Of a DNA stretch of 22,556 nucleotides, positions 17,960 to 22,556 are shown piece after piece. The DNA comes from an uncultured cyanobacterium (GTDB taxonomy: Bacteria; Cyanobacteriota; Cyanobacteriia; Leptolyngbyales; Leptolyngbyaceae), in contig CAVYAN010000007.1 in assembly GCA_963766075.1 (NCBI GenBank), forward strand, positions 1 to 22,556, in the 5' to 3' direction. The notes beneath the pieces were generated by a model. It was not told the DNA's origin. It saw nothing but the letters and a program-made list of their open reading frames with translations, and ran no database searches. Position numbers and translations under genes: made by a program. Position 1 is the stretch's first letter. Every line of letters starts with the position of its first letter.

Positions 17960-18087
17960 ATTGCAATACTATTGATATTCAATCATCTTATATATCTGTT
18001 TTGACTTAAACCCTTTCAGGAAAGCAGTTTCAAGCAAAAGCAATACTATTGATTCATAAGTTTTAACTATATCAATAGTATTGCAAT
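17960..18087. promoter_or_regulatory. Divergent promoter region with three operator-like repeats
   Basis: GCAATACTATTGAT occurs at 17963 and 18040 and inverted at 18071-18084. The outer pair is a perfect 19-bp inverted repeat (17960-17978 / 18069-18087). The region is AT-rich. Confidence 0.75.
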
Positions 18088-18137
18088 TGATAAGAGAATG
18101 CAGTTACTATCGAGTTCAGATGTAAATTAATCAGGTA

Positions 18138-18380
18138 ATGACTATGTGTGACGCAACGATGCCCCGAAGTACCCGTGCTTTTCGATTAGACGATCGCTTG
18201 TTGGAAGCGCTGGATCGGCTTGCAAAAAAGGGGAATATATCAGCCAATAAATACGTTGAAAATCTTCTGATGAGTCATGCTAAGCAATTGGGTGAAATCC
18301 CAATGGATACAGAGCCGTTAGGGGATCCCCGTGGTGGCAAGCGTGACGGATCCGGGCGGAAGTCTAAGCCTGAGGAATAA
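18138..18380 (+). CDS. CopG/Arc-like ribbon-helix-helix regulator
   Basis: 'TRAFRLDDRLLEALDRLAKKGNISANKYVENLL' fits the RHH pattern. The gene is divergent from the operon. Confidence 0.75.
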   Translation: MTMCDATMPRSTRAFRLDDRLLEALDRLAKKGNISANKYVENLLMSHAKQLGEIPMDTEPLGDPRGGKRDGSGRKSKPEE

Positions 18381-18441
18381 GCCGATGCGATCGCAAAATA
18401 TCGTAGTCTGATCGGACTCATGCCCTCTCTGATACCCGTAT

Positions 18442-18672
18442 ATGAAATTTGAAGAGTACAAACCGGGTTTGACTGTTCTGCAAGTTGGGCTAGGCCGTCC
18501 ACTATCCAAAGTGATCGGAGTAACGATTTCACCCGAACCGTTTCGGGAGTTAGGCGATCCGTTCAATTGGAAGTGTTTGGTCAAACTGGACAAAGGTGGG
18601 ACCAAAATCCTCCCACTTGGGCGATTAAAATTGCACCAACCTGTAATCGTTAACGACTGCCAAAACCCCTGA
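18442..18672 (+). CDS. Small hypothetical protein (possibly beta-barrel)
   Basis: 76-aa ORF followed by a terminator. Confidence 0.5.
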   Translation: MKFEEYKPGLTVLQVGLGRPLSKVIGVTISPEPFRELGDPFNWKCLVKLDKGGTKILPLGRLKLHQPVIVNDCQNP

Positions 18673-18703
18673 TAAAAGTGACTTTCACCGTATTTAGACA
18701 GAC

Positions 18704-18742
18704 AAAAAAGCCCCTGGAAAACTCGTAATTCCAGGGGCTTTG
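18704..18742. terminator. Bidirectional intrinsic terminator
   Basis: 13-bp perfect inverted repeat AAAGCCCCTGGAA / TTCCAGGGGCTTT between convergent genes. Confidence 0.8.
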
Positions 18743-18761
18743 TCTATTTCAGGACAGGGTG

Positions 18762-19332
18762 TTAGGCGACCTCTTCAAACGGCTCATACTGTGGATTCCC
18801 CTGGTAGCCGGGAAAATCGTATTGCCACTTTTCAATCAGCATCCGTTGCCCGCTGCCAGGGTGTTTGACGGCGAACAGGGAACGGTCCAGGGCTTGATGC
18901 AAGCACGGTTGGACCAAGGGGACTATTTTGCCGTCTTCAAAGTTGCACGGTTTCCACTCGAATCCACAAGTGGTGTCCCAGATCCAGCATTGCGGGTTGT
19001 TTTGGGGCTGATTGGCCAAAAGCACAATCGGAAGTTTGCCCCCGGAGCGGGAAATATCGGGCATCGTCGAAATGCTCTTCATGCCGTCCAATCGTGCTCA
19101 GTTCGATCCCGTAGGTTTTCTTGTTCAGGGCGATCGCAAAATCCGGTGCCCAATAGCCGCTAGGGTCTGGCACGAACAAGGGATTTTGTGCAGCGTTCGG
19201 ATTGGCTCTGAGGTGGTCCATGTTCCGAGGGTGGATCATGGAAATGCCTTGAGCGGTGAAAAAGTCTTGCCAATCTACCCGGTAGCGCGTCCGGTTTTCC
19301 TCTCCAACATAACGGTCTGGCAATGTGAGCAT
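18762..19332 (-). CDS. PD-(D/E)xK-like nuclease domain protein (frameshift near 19090)
   Basis: Motif 'YWAPDFAIALNKKTYGIELS'. Two overlapping ORFs join into ~189 aa (571 nt = 3n+1). RBS AGGAG. Confidence 0.5.
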
Positions 19333-19372
19333 AGGTTTTTCTCTCCTTGAATTTGGGTCCAGACTACGCTAT

Positions 19373-19948
19373 TCACGAGGGTTTCGATAAAATCTGCCTA
19401 CAAAAATCTTTGGCTGACATCTGGACCCAGTTACGCCGATCCTGTGCGACCGGAAACCAGGGTAATCCCTCCGGGTCAAGCTTGGAAGTCATGGCCGCAA
19501 CCCGTTCAGCACTGGCAAGGTCACCCCGAAAAAGTTTGCCGTCACGGCCCCCAACTTGGCAGAGCCGTGCATTTACGGTGCGATCGCCTTTCAGCCTGTC
19601 TATCAGGGCATAAATCGGGATGGCATCCACAGTAGGGACAACCGGGGCAGAATCTTTGAAAAAAGTTTGGGCACCTTTACGCACTTTTCGCCCGGATGTG
19701 TCCAACGGGACCGGGGTGGGTATAGGCTCTAACCGCTCCAATATCGCCTTGATTTGGCTCTGGAGCGTTCCCAAGACATGCGGCACGGATGTTCGCCCAG
19801 ACTTCACCAGATACCGATCAGACGCGGCTTGTAGCAGCAGTTCTGACAAGGAAACACCTAGACTTTGGGCAACCTCGGATAGTGCTTTTTTAGCCGCGAT
19901 CGGTACGTAAATTTTGACTATGGCAGTCGAGTTTTTCTGAATCGGCAT
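19373..19948 (-). CDS. RHH/MobC-like DNA-binding protein, copy A (191 aa)
   Basis: N-terminal 'IVKIYVPIAAKKALSEVAQSLGVSLSELLLQAA' and C-terminal 'TSKLDPEGLPW'. Confidence 0.65.
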   Translation of the reverse strand: MPIQKNSTAIVKIYVPIAAKKALSEVAQSLGVSLSELLLQAASDRYLVKSGRTSVPHVLGTLQSQIKAILERLEPIPTPVPLDTSGRKVRKGAQTFFKDSAPVVPTVDAIPIYALIDRLKGDRTVNARLCQVGGRDGKLFRGDLASAERVAAMTSKLDPEGLPWFPVAQDRRNWVQMSAKDFCRQILSKPS

Positions 19949-20898
19949 GAGGTTCTGGTGGGTCTACCAGAAGTCCCCCAAGGAAGGCAAACCAGTCCAA
20001 AAACAGTCCACCCGTTAGTGGCCCCACCGAATCCACATCGTCTCAATTTCTCAGACTCCTGAGGCCCAAACTGTAGAGACCCAAATGGGCTTTAAGGGAA
20101 CCTGAATTAACCACCCAGTGGATATTAAAGTTTAATCGGGATGACAGGATTCGAACCTGCGGCATCCTGCTCCCAAAGCAGGCGCGCTACCAAGCTGCGC
20201 TACATCCCGTTGCAGAAATTGCTCATTAAAGATAACACACCTTGCCCCCACCCGGGCAGAAAGCCGAAGAAATTGAAACGCTGTGGATTCGGTGGGTCCA
20301 CTAAAGAGTGGACTGTTTTTGGACTGGTTCGCCTTCCTTGGGGCACTTCTGGTAGACCCACCAGAACCTCATGCCGATTCAGAAAAACTCGACTGCCATA
20401 GTTAAAATTTACGTACCGATCGCGGCTAAAAAAGCACTATCCGAGGTTGCCCAAAGTCTAGATGTGTCCCTGTCAGAACTGCTGCTACAAGCCGCGTCTG
20501 ATCGGTATCTGGTGAAGTCTGGGCGAACATCCGTGCCGCATGTCTTGGGAACTCTCCAAAGCCAAATCAAGGCGATATTGGAGCGATTAGAGCCTATGCC
20601 CACCTCGGCCCCGTTGGACACATCCGGGCGAAAAGTGCGAAAAGGTGCCCAAACTTTTTTCAAAGATTCCACCCCGGTTGCCCCTACTGTGAATGCCATC
20701 TCGATTTATGCCCTGATAGACAGGCTGAAAGGCGATCGCACCGTAAATGCACGGCTCTGCCAAGTTGGGGGCCGTGACGGCAAACTTTTTCGGGGTGACC
20801 TCGCCAGTGCTGAACGGGTTGCGACCATGACTTCCAAGCTTGACCCGGAGGGATTACCCTGGTTTCCGGTCGCACAGGATCGGCGTAACTGGGTCCAG
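19421..20898. repeat. ~630-bp inverted duplication (19421-20051 / ~20268-20898) flanking tRNA-Pro
   Basis: The two gene copies and ~100 bp upstream of each are reverse complements with scattered substitutions. Confidence 0.9.
20136..20209 (-). tRNA. trnP: tRNA-Pro(TGG)
   Basis: CGGGATGTAGCGCAGCTTGGTAGCGCGCCTGCTTTGGGAGCAGGATGCCGCAGGTTCGAATCCTGTCATCCCGA forms a full cloverleaf with anticodon loop TTTGGGA. Confidence 0.97.
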
Positions 20899-20901
20899 TA
20901 G
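20371..20901 (+). CDS. RHH/MobC-like protein, copy B (176 aa, lacks the last 15 aa)
   Basis: Near-identical to copy A, with TAG directly after 'RRNWVQ'. Confidence 0.65.
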   Translation: MPIQKNSTAIVKIYVPIAAKKALSEVAQSLDVSLSELLLQAASDRYLVKSGRTSVPHVLGTLQSQIKAILERLEPMPTSAPLDTSGRKVRKGAQTFFKDSTPVAPTVNAISIYALIDRLKGDRTVNARLCQVGGRDGKLFRGDLASAERVATMTSKLDPEGLPWFPVAQDRRNWVQ

Positions 20902-20959
20902 CCAATCCTGTTTGACTACATAAAGCAGCAAACTGGATTGGCTCCGCGAAATCGGGTGC

Positions 20960-21233
20960 TTACAGAAGTTTCCAATCTACAAATAGATCGCGAGGATCAT
21001 ATAGACGCAGAAGCCTGACTAGTTTCTGTAAGTCTTCGATTGAAGTCGTGCAAACACATCCCGCACTTCCAGGGGAATGCCCTTCCGTAATGAAGTTCCA
21101 ATCGGCATGAAAGCCAAAAGCATCCCTTCCACCTTTCCGCCCAACTTCTCTGTCTCGAATCGGTACGTTCCTGATAAAGGGAACGAAGACAGGTCCAATC
21201 CCGTTATTCGGATGAGAATGAGGAGTATCATAA
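20960..21233 (-). pseudogene. C-terminal fragment of an L,D-transpeptidase (YkuD)-like protein cut by IS701
   Basis: 'AFGFHADWN..SPGSAGCV' fits the H-x(n)-S-x-G-C catalytic motif. The frame is open up to the IS end. Confidence 0.6.
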
Positions 21234-22556
21234 CCCTCTTTGGTCACTCTAAGCAGATGAAAAGATGAGTTGCAGATTTAACTCATGCACCAATGGGCAG
21301 ATGAACGCATCCATTTTGCGTGTCAATTGTTCAAACCCGGTTTGCAATGAGGCGAGCGGAAAGACCTCTAACCACCGTTTGAGCCAGTTGAAACAAATTA
21401 ACGGTTGGATGATTAAGCGCAGGTTGTTGAGTACGTTCTTCCAACCGCTTTGGTTGTCCCACCAGGGATGTCGTGCAACCTGTTGATGGGCAAGTGGACA
21501 CGAATCGTTGAACTGGTCGGCAAACAAACTGACCATCAAAAACGCACTCATGACCAACTCCCACCACTTTTCAATCTGCTCATAGCTTGTCATGCGAAAG
21601 TCTGCCCAACCTAAAGCATCTTTAGCTTGCTTGAGACCATATTCAATCCAGGTTCTAAAACCGTAGTTGTCGCCAATCTCTTGCAGTTTGACGCTTGGGG
21701 CAACCACCATGACGAACGAGGTGGAATTGTCTGGCAAGGTTTCGGGGTCAGTGGTCAAAAGCCAATATTGCTGGCGCTGACGCTTGCCGTAAATCACCTC
21801 TGCCATGTAGCGAACTTCAGTGGTGCCATTGCTAAAGGTGCGCTCAAACGTCTGCCACGGCTCCTGAGTCACCTCTTGGTCTTGCGGGAGCCACAGGGCA
21901 TGATTGCTCCGAATCGCCAAGATGTAAGGCAGTTTTAATTCATCTAACACGTTCACAAAGTTGACCTTACTTTCGCCATACAAACTATCGGCGAGCACCA
22001 GTTCAAACCCAAATCCCATTGCTTGCAGTTGACGAATCATTTGAGCTGCAATTTGAGGCTTGCTTTGATACTCCTCTTTATCCTTGAGTCGTTCTCTCGG
22101 TTTGTAGACTTCAAAGGTCAATGGCAAAATCATGCCATCGACTAACCCATAGGCAGTCACCGCCACAATGCCATTTTCTTTCTTACCCACGTTGCTGATG
22201 TATTGCCGTTTGACATAGTCAGTACTTTTCCCCTTCTTACAATCTCCAGTCTCATCGATTAACAAAATCATCGACCGACCGTTAAGCACTTTCAAGATGA
22301 TCTCCAACCGTCTCTGACGTAGCTGGGGTGCTGTCCACGGAGATTCGCTCAGAAAGTGGTGCAAGTTTTGTTGGTTATCGAGTCCAACCGCTTTGGCAAT
22401 GGCTGGCAGCGATTTCCGTTTAATCTCGCTAATCATGCCCAAATGTAAGTACTTTAACGCCTCAAAGCGGCGCACTTCTAAAACAAGTCCTTATACAATT
22501 GGCAATACTCATCGACAAAGCGGATCGTCGGTTGAGCTTCTCTCGTAGCAGGCATT
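21234..22556 (-). mobile_element. IS701-family element, copy 2 (inverted; runs off the window; transposase 21249..22555 with a 1-nt deletion near 22480)
   Basis: Near-identical to copy 1. TTTTCAGAAG is read as TTTTAGAAG. The terminal repeat CCCTCTTTGGTCACT starts at 21234. Confidence 0.92.

Noticed and set aside
20141..20401. 86-aa ORF starting MTGFEPAASCSQ
   Set aside because: Antisense translation of tRNA-Pro. The 94-aa ORF at 6315-6599 is likewise a shadow over the att region.

Overview
Cyanobacterial accessory region (more than 15 HIP1 GCGATCGC octamers) bracketed by two near-identical, inverted IS701-family elements. The left part (1-4700) is a scar zone: an IS4-like transposase tail, a possible IS5 stub, IS701, a truncated IS1, a frameshifted aldo/keto reductase and chimeric gene fragments. 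The centre (about 5180-20050) looks like an unusual integrative element. It has an arm-type tyrosine integrase next to the 3' 50 nt of tRNA-Phe (att site) and a phage-satellite-like pair (scaffold-like protein plus small-terminase-like protein, with no capsid, portal or TerL). A 400-bp structured non-coding repeat locus follows. A long minus-strand operon then encodes a ParM-like actin, a ParR-like RHH protein, a very acidic protein, secreted and membrane proteins, a membrane-anchored P-loop ATPase followed directly by a convergent GGGGA/TCCCC repeat array, and a HicA-like toxin missed by the ORF track. A divergent RHH gene with a triple operator-like repeat precedes this operon. An intact tRNA-Pro(TGG) sits inside a ~630-bp inverted duplication of a MobC/RHH-like gene. 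About nine single-base indels split ORFs, so several genes were reconstructed by hand. All family calls come from motif recognition, not database searches.
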